DNA from: Nemertoderma westbladi | Taxonomy: Eukaryota; Animalia; Xenacoelomorpha | Length of the DNA: 64,000 nt | NCBI GenBank assembly: GCA_032718475.1 | Contig: JAUCBJ010008653.1 | Location: 1 to 64,000 of the forward strand | Reading direction: 5' to 3' | Part shown: positions 1 through 12,220 of the stretch, one piece after another | Layout: the number at the start of each line of letters is the position of its first letter | Position numbering within the stretch: position 1 is the first letter of the stretch | Program-made: the position numbers and the translations under genes | Notes under the pieces: generated by a model | Databases searched by the model: none | Told to the model about the DNA's origin: nothing | The model's input: the letters and a program-made list of their open reading frames with translations, nothing else

Positions 1-820
1 CCCAATCCTGTACTCTAGTTACCACCATAAACCATTACTCTTAGCTGTTGTTAAATCCGAAATACTTAGATACCGACGCCTCACTGATAATGACCACCAG
101 TTCAATCTAGCCCGACACTCCTATCTGGAACTATGCAAACTCAGAGGTTATCCACTCAACTTCCTCCTGCAACTCTACGCCTGGAATCCTGAACCCCGGC
201 TACCATGCAACCCCCCCACCGTCATCCCCCAAACACTCCCCCCAATCTACCTTGCGACCACGCCCCATTTCTTGAACATCCTTACTAATACCATTAAGCG
301 ACACAAAAAATTTCTAAACGACAACCAGATTTGCATTATACCAGTTCCCCGCAATCTGCCCAACCTTGGTCAGATGCTCATCCGCAAAACAGTACCCCAC
401 CGCACCACCGGCAATGAACCCTGCCGCAAACCCCGATGCCTTTGCTGCAAAGCAATTGCCAACCCCTCCACCACCCCATGGGGCCAACGGATCACAGGCC
501 CTTTCGACTGTAAAACACACAACGTACTTTACATGATCACATGTAAATCCCACCCCAAACAATGGTACCTGGGACAGACTGAACAATACATACACAAACG
601 GCTGAACACGCACCGATCCGCCATAAGAGACGCACGAAAAGGGCTCGACACCTCTGACCCAGAAGTTCTCCTACTGCAACACTTCGTAGACTGCCCCCTC
701 GATGACCTTAACATCACCTGCATTAAACAGTTCCGCAACCATTACCGACGTATCAACACCGAGTCCGTCCTCATCAATCTCCACCACCCTCCCCTCAACA
801 AAATCACACCGGCCATGTGA
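1..820 (+). mobile_element. Penelope-like retroelement, 3' part: end of RT region plus GIY-YIG endonuclease (ORF 272-820)
   Basis: ORF has a Cys-rich linker (CRKPRCLCC) and GIY-YIG motif NVLYMITC...WYLGQT...RLNTHRS...ESVLI...PPLN. Upstream frame (KSEYLRYRR...LRGYP) matches the PLE RT C-terminus but is frameshifted. Confidence 0.85.
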
Positions 821-844
821 CTCGATCCTAGTTTGAACATTTGT

Positions 845-1545
845 TTTTACGGTGTTATGTTTTATAATTAATTAAATTTTGCTGCAATATTAAGGAACCC
901 CTGAAATTCCTACCAGAGACCCTCAACCATTTTGGTGCATCAACCATTTGGTGTATTTGGTATATACAGTACATAGTTTAATTATCTCACAAAATCATTT
1001 ACAGTTTTACGGTGCTATTTTTAATATTTAATGAAATTTTGCTGCAATAATTAATTCATATCCCCGCAAGAACCCCTGAAATTCCTACCAGTGACCCTAA
1101 ACCATTTTGGTGCATCTGCCGTATATACAGTACATAGTTTAATTATCCCACAAAATCATTTACAGTTTTACGGTGCTATTTTTAATATTTTATGAAATTT
1201 TGCTGCAATAATTAATTCATATCCCCGCAAGTTCCTACCAGAGACCCCTACCCTAACCACTTTGGTGCATCTGCCGTATACATGGTACATAGTTTAATTA
1301 TCTCTCAAAATCATTTACAGTTTCACGAGACCCTAAACCATTTTGGCGCATCTTTCATACAGTACATAGGCCTACTTTAATTATCTCACAAAATCATTTA
1401 CAGTTTTATTGTACTTTTTAATACTTTTACCACAGACCCCAAACCACTTTGGTCCATATGACGTATATGCGGTACACAGTTTTATTACCTCACAGTTTTA
1501 TGGTGCTATTTTATTTTAATTTTTGCTGCAATAATTATTTATACC
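845..1545 (+). repeat. Tandem repeat of ~160-bp unit (about 3 full plus shorter decayed copies) downstream of the Penelope ORF
   Basis: Recurring TTTTACGGTGCTATT...TTTTGCTGCAATA...ACCATTTTGGTGCATC...CAAAATCATTTACAG starting near 845, 1005, 1165, 1321, 1404 and 1495. Confidence 0.85.
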
Positions 1546-2126
1546 TACCATTCTAAAAACATCTAACAAAGAAACCCACCACCCCCCCCCCCCCCCCAAA
1601 CCCCCCTCTCAAACCTGCTGAAATATTCCTCCTTATTTTCTCGAGACTCAAACCTTGTCCTAAAAATACTTTCCGCCAACTACGCCCATTCTCGGACTGC
1701 CCACAACAAAGCCCAACGTAGCCATTTAAATTCATACTGTATCTACGTGCCCCTTGATACTAAATTATACAGTAACACAGCCCTAAGTAACCCCTAGCCT
1801 GAAACCGGTAGCTCCCCACAACCAGTTAACAGCCTGCCTGCCGCAGACTCATACCCCCTACAACCCTAGGTAGTTACCGTCAGCTACAGTACTTGCATAC
1901 TTTGGCAACCTACCTACCTAACATACCTAAACGACACATGTCCCCCCTCCCCGCCAGACCCACTTTAATTTTAATTGTACCACCCTTACTTAATTAAATA
2001 GACATACAGTAGGACCGCATGTCACTGTGTTTCCTTATAGTTATTATGATAATGTACGCGTTCTACCTAGCCAGTCATTCTGTTTTTATATAAATTGTTT
2101 TTAATGTTCATTTTATCATAAATAAA

Positions 2127-2169
2127 TACCGCTGAGGACACCCGCAACGGGCGAAATGCGCATACGGTA
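2127..2169 (+). ncRNA. Minimal type I hammerhead ribozyme (Penelope-associated)
   Basis: TACCG / CTGAGGA / CA-CCCG-CAA-CGGG-C / GAAA / TGCGCA-TA / CGGTA: stem I, CUGANGA core, stem II, GAAA, palindromic stem III (ATGCGCAT) and AUA triplet. Confidence 0.75.
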
Positions 2170-2194
2170 AATTAACTTTTTTATTATTTATAAC

Positions 2195-3147
2195 CGTGGT
2201 TAGACCCTCAACAACCCTACTATCTCTCCGCCTGGAGACATTTTCGATTAATGGGAGGATGATGGCGTGGTTAAACAGATCATACTATAGATCCGCTATT
2301 GGGATTGGTGGCACATTAAGTCAGCAAGTTGAGGGCGGAAACGTGGTATATCTATCCGCCATTAGCCAAGGCAAGTTATAAGCCACACTACACCACGGAC
2401 TCTTCACAGCTGTTAAACACTCGGAGACTCTTGTTCTAGAGATCAGATCCAATATTGCTCGATCCGTTTCCAACCACGCCTTTCTAGGTCTGGAATTTGT
2501 GGAGCAAATGACATTGCCACGGACACCACGGTATTATACAGAGGACGTATAGGACTGCATGTGGAGGGCGACGACTGTACCATGTGACGAGTCTCTGATC
2601 CAATGGCAAAATTGCACGACATGGGACAGGGGTGGTACCAATACCACAATTACAGTTTGCCATTGGCTCATCCTAATGACGCCTTTTACTGAACTTAATA
2701 CTGACAACACTATGTTAGAGACTGTGGAAGCGCTATCGGCGCCCGGTCCCGGATCCACGGCCACGCACTATCCCGCTCGAGGGGTGAGCTGGAGAAGGCT
2801 GAGGTAAAACTAGGAAACTAGCTGCAGTATATCAGTATATTGTGTATTGAGATACATGGATAACAAATAATGATGTGATACAACCAGACAATGAAACTAA
2901 TAACGAACTACCTACAAACAGACAAAACATGACTGACAACCCTACACCGGTAAGTCATCTCAATAACTAAACTGAATGATAACTGCTGACTGCGCCCTGC
3001 CCCCAGGACTATATCCCTGACAGCTACCGTACAGCCAGCTGTTCACACCCTAGGTGCTAACAAGATACTACTATATCATACCTACCTAACCTATACAATA
3101 CATACTAATCAGTCCAATTATACACCATCCCATAATACAATATCACA
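2195..3147 (-). mobile_element. 3' LTR of a Gypsy element (right boundary firm; left boundary either 2874 or ~2195)
   Basis: On the minus strand, polypurine tract AGGAAGGGGGGA (3159-3148) is directly followed by TGTGATA at 3147. An inverted TGTGATA sits at 2874-2880, and LTR-like sequence continues to ~2195. Confidence 0.5.
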
Positions 3148-3974
3148 TCCCCCCTTCCTAAAAAAAAAACTCGCCCACGAGTTTCTAGAACGCACAAACT
3201 ACAAACCCCAAGTCTAATGACTACATCGACAAGTAAAGTCTACCTCAACGGCAGTATAGATACTGTATATGAAGCACGATACCAACAATACATTCAACTA
3301 GCCTAAGGCCAATAATATCTAAATCGAAATTTCGTACTGCATGTATCGTAAGCCAGTATGACTAAAGAATAACACGTACAACTCAATGAGTAACCAAATA
3401 ACACTATATCAAGCATAATTGCAATCTATAAATCGCACCGTAAGTAACCGACCATAGTACAATCCATAAAATGTGTCACTGCCACAATAAATAAAGGCTA
3501 TATAAGTAAATAATTAATACGTGTATCTATCACATGAAATTGTATCCATACAGTATCTATCATAAACATGTATCCATCCATACAGTATCTATCATAAACA
3601 TGTATCCATCCATACAGTATCTATCTATCCGTATCTTAAGTAATAATACGTAATGATGTAACAAAAATATACAAAAAAATATATATGTTGGAGTTATGTA
3701 CATAAGGTAAATAATAATACATACAGAATAGAGAATACTCTACAAAATGTACATAACTGAGGCACAAAATATCTCGTGGGCGAATAACGGGTGAGAACCG
3801 AGCAATGGAACGGAATTTTAAAAAAATCACAATATCTAAATAATTCAGGATAACAATTTTTTTTTTCCAAACAAAAGTTATTCGTTGTTAATAAATGCAA
3901 TTTATCTATGTAGCCATGGTAACCAGCAAACAGTCAAGTCACATCGACTACGTCTCTATAATTTGCGTCAACGG

Positions 3975-5078
3975 TCAACAGTGGCTATCGTCACCGTCGT
4001 AGACGTCCCCACTGTCATTCCCCCTACCTGTATCATCTCCCGTGGAGTTACTTTCTTCCCTATAGTATGGTTTTAAGTCCTTCGCATTTACAGTAATAAG
4101 TCGAGAACGTGGATTTGGTTTTCCCGATTTTCCCAACAGTTTAATGGCATAACTTGATTTACCAACCTGATCAACAATAGCATAAGGACCCCTAAACATG
4201 AAGCTCAGCTTCGTATTCTTACCTTTGGTCGTCCTATCATAGTATAATACAGACTGTCCCTTAGTGTAGGTTCGAATGTTCCTGCGTTGGCGCTTCCCCA
4301 GCTTACCGTCGTGGTATTGTTTCTGTTTCACCTGTGTAAGCCTAAGAGCTTCCCTGGCTATCCCATGGGCCCGCTCCAAACGAAACCTTAATTCGTCTGC
4401 GAATGTTGCTTCATCTGCTAGCAAGCTGTACGGCCGGGCTATCTGCGTGTCTACTTGAGTTGTCGCCTGTCGCCCATACATTAAAGAGAAAGGAGTTTCC
4501 TTAAGTGTACTCTGAATCGAAGTATTATAATTAAACGCAACAGCGGGAATAAACTCGTCCCAATTATGCGGGTTGGTAGCTGTCAACGATAACATGTTTA
4601 CAGCTAACTGGTTAATACGTTCTGTAAGACCATTGCAAGCTGGGTGGTATACCGACGTAAATACGGAAACAATACCAAACATTGCAGTTAATTCCTTGAA
4701 TAAATTAGACGTGAAATTACTACCCCTATCGCTTAATAAACTCTCGGGGGCGCCGTATATAAGAAAAATACCATCCACTAAAGCCCTGGCAACGGTAGCA
4801 GCTTCTTCATTTGGTAACGGGAGGAGGGAAGCGTAACGAGTAAGATGATCAACTACTGTAAGGATAACCTTGTTACCATTGGATGACGTCTGGAAGCCTT
4901 TAACGATATCAATTGAAAGGCGTTGCAAGACACGTTCAACGACTGGGAGAGGTGACAGTGGTTGGGTCTGTATGGGAAATATGTGGCTGGTCCAAGTCGT
5001 CGACTTCGACGGTGGATGAAATGGGTCAAAGGGTCTTTGAGCCGCCGAAGTTGCATATAATGAGTGTGTCTCCAACAC
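3975..5078 (-). mobile_element. Ty3/Gypsy integrase (rve core plus GPY/F C-terminus), 5'-truncated pol
   Basis: LSIDIV...VDHLTRY...PESLLSDRGSNF...YHPACNGLTERIN (DDE), WDEFIP, TPFSLMYGR, FRGPYAIV. Confidence 0.92.
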
Positions 5079-7077
5079 AACAGTTTGGTTTCAGGCAGTG
5101 GGCAGGTATGCAAATGCAATTTAAATTGTGAATATCATTCACACTAAATTTATAATTCACTTATTTAGAGTATAGCTTGCAGTAGCCATATTATTTTATT
5201 TATTTTATTTGTATTTTTAAAATATTGTATTTGTATAAATTTTTTAACGCTATACTTCCGAGATAAGGCAAAATACCATATCTTGAAAATTGTCAAAAAT
5301 TTTCTTTACCGCCATGTTCATTGGGAATAATGCTACAATGAATGTTAGTTAATTTTATTAATAAAAGTTTTAAAAATTAAAAAATTATTATTTTTATTTT
5401 ATCCGGCGAAGCCGAACAATAAATACTACAGAAGTGAAAAATTGAAGTGAAAAACAGCAATTGAAGTGAAAACATGGAAAAGCTAACTGAAATGTTTAAT
5501 AGATTTTACTAAGGCGTTCATAAATCTACACAAATTGAGAAATTTACGACGCCTAATTGCGGGGGATCAGTGATCACTATTATTGAATAGATAAAAATTA
5601 CTTACCATATTAACAAATAATGCACATAGTATTGCTAAACTACCAAAAATAATAAAACAAAATTTAGCCATTGTGTCTCGACTGACTACTTATAATTTTA
5701 TAACCAAAATTTGAAATTATAATTTTTAATAACAGATATATTTAATATTTTTGCTTTCTCTGGTAGCGATAATTATTGCGCTTAAATAGACCTGAGCTGA
5801 GATATTTTTATTTATTATTTTAAATTATTTTTAAACACAGAAAATCTTTAATAAAACTGCCAATTGAATTAAGCTCAAAATTTATTTTTAATAGACAAAT
5901 TCACTCTTATCCCACACGTTCTGCCTCAAATTATCGTTTGCCCTTGCTTAGAACATCGTATGCTCAAAATACCGCCATATATCAAGCCCCAGCGCTTTAC
6001 AATAATAGTATGTTGGTTTGTCTGTTTTTTCGTTAGTATATTTTTGTTAAACTATATAAATATTTATCACCCTCTCCCCTACCTCCCACCATTATTATCG
6101 AGATACTTTATGTATGACTGTCCAGTTGCGAAAATGTTGAAGTTGGTGTTGATTTTGGTGTATTATTTATGTACTAGTAGCCTCGCCTAACTTTTGAGAT
6201 ATGTGTGAATATACCCCTTTCAAATGTAGAATTATGTCACTACAACTCCTTCCCATCTCCTCCCCATTTTTTGAGTTAGGATATTTCCGACTACAATTTC
6301 CCTCTTAAGTGTTACTGCTGTGGTAGATCCGAATACATACCGTATTCGGGAGGTATACGCATATTGTTGATATGTTTGACAAAATTAAATAAAATATGTC
6401 TAATAGAATCCACATAATCAAGACATGTTTGTTCATACACACGACAGTGCTATGGTGATGCTGGTGGCACCTACTACCAGTACAAGTAAACCACATAATG
6501 GAGTCTACAGTATGTGCTTGGCTTCCCAGAGAGAGATAGACACTGGTTGGATATGTACAATACAAGGCCGCTGTCCACTACGAACAAGATACAAAGAAGC
6601 AAGGTCTATGCAGCTATGCTTGAGGGCCAGATAATGTATGATAATGTACACCACAGAACTCATTATTTACATGTTTGTTTGATTTAAACAAGAATCCAAT
6701 TTTATAATATTAAAAAGTAGCATTCATATATTTTTTGTTAATTGTTTTCCGTAATGAAATACTTAGTTACGTCTGAATTTATTATTAATAGTACAATCCA
6801 TTCTTGGCATCCAGAAAGTTTTCAACTACAAACAGCTTATGAATTCTAAATTAGCTAATCACAGGCCTTGGTTACTAAGTTGGATTCATTGCATTTTTGT
6901 TTTTTTTTGTGTGCTTTGTAAGTTGCACATGTGTTCGCAACACAGTATTCTTTGTTTGTTGGGTGAAGAATTTTTTACCTTTCCATGGGACAACATGTCT
7001 TGCCGCAGTATGTGATTCATGTTCATCAAGATTAGTCGTGGCTGTATCCAATTGTGCTTGTTGTTCTCTGGCCTACA

Positions 7078-8939
7078 GGCGCTAATAAACCAACAGGTTG
7101 ATGCCATCAATGATGCTGACGACAGCAGGCAATCATCCCAGGCATGGAAATCGATCAATCTGCTTACTGGGCGGAAAAGCCAACCAACCACCAAGGTTAA
7201 GGCTGAATCACCAGCCGATCGCCTCAATGGTTGGAAAGCCCACTTTGAAAAGCTCCTCAATAATGACAGGGTATTGCCTGATAACTTTATAGAAGTAAAA
7301 GTGTCTGAGTCTGTACTCCCAGATATTCCCATTGGCGATATCTCCTTTGCAGAAGTGAAGGCTGCTGCAAAGAGCATTAAGACCAATCGTGCCAGTGGAG
7401 TAGATGGTGTTCCCCCTGAGGTCTTTAAAATACCCGAGTGTTTAAAGCTCATCTATCCCATCATAGTAGACATGTACCGAACAACAAGAGTCCCACAAGA
7501 AATGAAAACGAATAAGTTGGTGCCAGTTCCCAAGAAGGGCAACCTAACACTCTATGGTTCTTTTCGGGGAATCTCATTGATCTCGATTGCTGCAAAGCTA
7601 TGCAATAGGATTCTATTAAATCGCATCAGGGATCCCATTGAGAGACTGCTCCGTGGAAATCAGAATGGGTTCCATAAAGGTCGTGGGACCATGGAGCCCA
7701 TTTTGGCACTTAGAAGGATAATTGAAGAATTATCAAAAAAGAAAGACAGGCATCTGGCTGTTATCTTTGTTGACTTCTTCAAGGCCTTTGATTCAGTCTC
7801 TCGCTCACGTATGTTCACCATACTTTCATTATATGGGATTCCTGATGAAATTATTGCAGCAATCAGATCAGTATACGATGGTTCGACAACATTTGTGTCT
7901 ACTGTTGACGGTGACACAGAACCATTTGAAGTGTTATGGGGCGTCCTCCAAGGAGACACACTTGCACCATTCTTGTTCATTATTGTAGTTGACTATGTTC
8001 TACGCATGTCCTTAGATCATCATAATGATGATGGGGTGATGATAACTCCACCTACTGGCTCCAGAAGTCGAGGAAATCCTGCCAAGTACCTAACTGATCT
8101 AGACTTTGCTGATGACTTAGGAGTACTCTCAGAATCATTAGAGGGAGCCCAACGGCTCCTCAGCTCATTAGAACATGCTGCTTCTAGTGTTGGTCTTTTT
8201 ATTAACTCCAGAAAGACCAAAATTCTGACCGTTAACTTTGAAAGTCCTCAGCAAGTCTCTGATCGGATGAGCATAAGCTCAAAGGATGGTATGCTTGAGC
8301 ATGTGGACGACTTCTGTTACCTGGGATCATGGATCCGGAAGTCAGGTGAGGACCTTCGAAAACGTAAGGCTGTAAGGGAAAGGCATGGGCAGCCTTGAAT
8401 AGGCTTTCCAGGATTTGGAAGTCACCGAGAATTAATCGGAAACTTAAGGTCCGATTATTTAGAGCAGCAGTAGTTCCAGTACTCCTCTACGGGAGTCCAT
8501 GCTGGGCTCTAACTGCTGAGGACACCAAATCTCTGGATGGCACATTCACAAGAATGCTACGCCGGGTTCATTGTGTCAAGTACAATGCACACATCTCCAA
8601 CCAGACACTATATAACATTGGAGGTGTCTCATTGGTTCCCCCAAGCTTGACACTAGAACAAAATCGCCTCCGCTTTGCAGGACATTGCTTTCGCCGTGAG
8701 GACCAACCAGTGCATAATCTTGTACTTTGGCAGCCTCATGGAGTGAATAAGCATGGTGGACAGCCCATGACTTTCTTGAGACGCATCTTAAAGGACACTG
8801 GCCTTAAAGATGCGGATGATCTAGCAAATGTCATGGGTGATAGGGAGTTGTGGCGGTGCAATTTTGTTGACAAGCCGGCACAGCATTCTTAAAAATGCAG
8901 CTGCAATGCAGCATGCCGATCCTAGTAGTAGTAGTAGTA
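7078..8939 (+). mobile_element. RTE-clade non-LTR retrotransposon, 5'-truncated, with RT (ORFs 7019-8398 and 8395-8892, one frameshift) and (TAG)n tail
   Basis: RT motifs FRGISL, QNGF, FVDFFKAFDSV, GVLQGDTLAPFLF, LDFADD, YLGS; RTE-type C-terminus LRFAGHCFR; ends in CC(TAG)n; second copy at 57722-58580. Confidence 0.9.
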
Positions 8940-9717
8940 CCCTTTGGCGCAAGTGACGATTATTCTCAATTTTCGCGATGGCCAACTTTTAGTTCTCCTA
9001 CTGCTTTAATATTATGCTCATTAGAACCGCAGTGACCGATTTAGTGGGGGTAGACACCATCAAAACAAGCGTAGAGCGAATAGTACTTGAAATATCGCAG
9101 AAAATGTGAAGTACGGCACAAGTCTACATTACCGCCTTGAAGCGATATGGACAAATGCACTAAAAATTATACTTTGAATTATCTCAAGGAATCAAGAATA
9201 GACACATCACAGAAAATGATCAATGTAGTGGGTGTAGACACCTTCAAAATAAGAGTAGAGTCAGTAGTTCTTGAGCTATTTTACAAAATGTCAAGACTAT
9301 GTCCACCAATTTATTGATACTTGATATTGAGATTGAGTTGACCCATTCCACACATTAGTACAAAAACTATAGTGAACTAATCACTACTCTTTCATTTTGA
9401 AGGTGTCTGTATACACTAAATCAATTTTTGCACTGATGTGTATATTTTTGATGCCTGAAGATAATTTAAAGTATCATTGTTAGTGTATTTGCCCATATCG
9501 CTTCAAGGCAGTAATGTAGACTTGTGCCGTATTTAACATTTTCTGCAATATCTCAAGAACTATTCGCTCTACGTTTGTTTTGAAGGTGTCTACCCACACT
9601 AAATCGGTCATTGCGGTTCTAATGAGCATACTATTAATGCAGTAGGAGTACTAAAAGTTGGCCATCGCAAAAATTGAGAATAATCGTCACTTGCGCTTGC
9701 GCCAAACTGCCAAAGGG
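8940..9717. mobile_element. Foldback/MITE non-autonomous DNA transposon with ~330-bp inverted arms and TA TSD
   Basis: TA|CCCTTTGGC...GCCAAAGGG|TA; arms are imperfect reverse complements over roughly 330 bp (e.g. GCAAGTGACGATTATTCTCAATTTT vs AAAATTGAGAATAATCGTCACTTGC). Confidence 0.85.
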
Positions 9718-11852
9718 TAGGTTCTGGCCATGTGCCTGTGGCACTAATTCCCTTGAACCAAAATTTAAAATTTTGGTATCTAACTAAGTTTGGACCCATT
9801 TGATGCATGAAGGAAGTTCTTCCTTGCGTCATTGGTCTTTCATCAATGTGTTATATTGTTATAAATTTCATTGTGGTGCATCGCGGAGGCTTAAAATTTC
9901 AACCCCCTTGGGATCCATCAAGATATCGATGAAATTTAGATAAATTTTTGTTGCCTTCATTTTATACCATTTGTCAACTTTTGTGCACTGGTAGAACAAT
10001 GAAATCGAAAAAAAAAGTAAAAAAACGCACCGCCCTAGTAATCAGGTTACCGGTATATAATATAGGCCTACCGGTAATATAGATTATATGCCTAATACGT
10101 AATTTGTACTGATAGAGATATGACTTAACATAACATAGGCGAGTCAATCTATCATAAAACTCAAAAGTAATTCGCAATCAATCCGAACCACATTTTTTGG
10201 ATTCTATATTACAGTGTACCTTGTTAATGACCAGAAAAAATTATTTATTACGTGGGAAAAAAGTAGAACTTTTTCACTATTCTCGGGGCAGTTTATTTAC
10301 CGAGCCCCAGTGAGAGTCGAGAAATTATTTTTTTTTAATGTCCTACATTTTTTCCCATGTAATACCGGTGCGTAATTTTATTCTTAAATTTGTACTTTTT
10401 TGTTGCTAAATTATTTAATAAAAGATAGAGCGATATAGTGTTACAGAATAAAAATGAACTGTAGTATCTTACTATATTGCTTCCATAGTTCAGTAGTTAA
10501 GAAGTTACTGCGATTAAAATTACTGTACTCTTCAACTCCTGATGCTGCCTTACTCAATGTTAAATAATTTAGTGTTCTCGAACATTTAGAACATAATAAG
10601 ACTAAGAGAGCCGCTTAAATGCATAAACCAATATTGCATATTGAGTTCCGCTTTGGAGTTTGCCTTACAGACACTAAAGTTTAAGTGTCTGCGTGGATTT
10701 TAGTAAAATTACTTGCAAACATTTTCTACTTCGACGCTCTTTCAATATATGTAATAAAATTTAAGAAATTCGACGAAAAATATTTTAATTTACTTTCTTC
10801 TAAGGAAAAAAGTAAAATCAATGCAATCTTTTTTTCCTAGGGATAAAAGTGAAACTTTTTCTCCCGATTTTGGGTTAAATTCGAGAGAAAAAGTAACAAT
10901 TTAAAAATAAAACTTATTTTGCGAAACATTCTACATAAGTTTGCATAACGCAAGCCAAACAAGGGAAACAGTAGGGGAGAGTAAGTATGAAATTTATAAT
11001 GTTCCAGAATAATTTAATTAATTTCACAATAAGCTGTGATTCAATGGGAAATGAATAATATTTACACTGGTCTGTCACACGTAAATTGTTATATTTCAGT
11101 AACTAGAAGTCGCATCCAATTCACGATATTTAATAACTTATATTACATTAATGTTAGAAAAGGTTTTTATATAATATAATTGGGATTGTTCTATTTGTTT
11201 TAGTTTAAAAAACACAATCGTTTATAACATAATAAATTTTTTTTGGTTTAAAGAGTTTTTGAGGTCGATAAATCCGATTAAAAAGCGAGGTTACATCCAC
11301 CCGTTTAGTAGAGAAGTTGTGCAAATAAGCTCCCTATATTGTACCGGCAAGATTGGTATTAAAAATGGTTAAATGAGTGGACAAATTTCCGTTGCTCTGG
11401 AAACTATATATACCGGTATATATTAAAGTTATTAGGGTCCCAATTATTCTATAAAGCACTAATAACGAATTCAATTAAAAAAACACTTAATACAATAGTT
11501 TACAATTTTACATAAAACACAATAACACCTATAAACCAAGGATTACTCAACTGGAGGAAAATTTAATCGGATTGGACAAAATTTAAACTAAATCAAAAGA
11601 CGTAAATTAATTAAGATGCGTTTGATAGAAATTGTAAATAAAATAGAAATGATAAAAATGCATAGATACGAAAAAAATAAATATAGTTTATAAAGAATTT
11701 ACCTAGGGTCTATATTTTTCTAACTCCAAATCATAATCAATCACCATATAAGGTATTATTACTTACTACATCGGATTGTTACTATCTGATTTCTTACAGT
11801 TGCTTAGTTTCTAAGTAATGTACCGGTAAATAATTTAATAATAATGTTTCAG

Positions 11853-12018
11853 TTTAGCAAAGATTCTAAAGTGCGGCGGTAACGATGACTCCCTCCTTAT
11901 ACAATGCGAGGAGAACAGCGACTTGGTTAACTTTACCTTCGAGTCCAAAGATCAAGGAAAGATCAGTCAGTATGAGATCAAGCTAATGGATCTTGATACT
12001 GAACACTTGGGTATTCCA
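11853..12018 (+). CDS. PCNA: PCNA internal coding exon (approx. aa 74-129)
   Basis: tttcag| T TTA GCA AAG... encodes LAKILKCGGNDDSLLIQCEENSDLVNFTFESKDQGKISQYEIKLMDLDTEHLGIP |gtttag. Matches PCNA, with intron positions and phases as I recall them for vertebrate PCNA. Confidence 0.93.
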
Positions 12019-12083
12019 GTTTAGTAATATATATAATAAGTATAAGGAAGAATTCTCGCGCTCTTCTCGTCACCATGGTAATC

Positions 12084-12218
12084 ATATTGATAAAGTTCGG
12101 GTAGGGTGGGTTGACCTCAGCTCATTACATGAAGAAGCCATAAATCTTGTAATAACTGTTGTTATTCATTTCATTAGTCACCTGAGGTCAACCCACCCTA
12201 CCCGAACTGTATCAATAT
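12084..12218. repeat. Short inverted repeat (~37-bp arms, ~60-bp spacer), mini-MITE-like
   Basis: ATATTGATAAAGTTCGGGTAGGGTGGGTTGACCTCAG vs CTGAGGTCAACCCACCCTACCCGAACTGTATCAATAT (one mismatch). Confidence 0.8.
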
Positions 12219-12220
12219 AT

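Noticed and set aside
3541-3635. 32-bp triplicated sequence in the Gypsy 3' UTR
   Set aside because: Ordinary local slippage repeat with no further structure
6305-6690. Short ORFs as PCNA exon 1 or another gene
   Set aside because: No similarity to the PCNA N-terminus or any protein I recognise; no clear splice sites
10247-10362. Imperfect inverted repeat (TTACGTGGGAAAAAAGTAG / CTACATTTTTTCCCATGTAA)
   Set aside because: Probably part of a decayed non-autonomous element; too degenerate to classify
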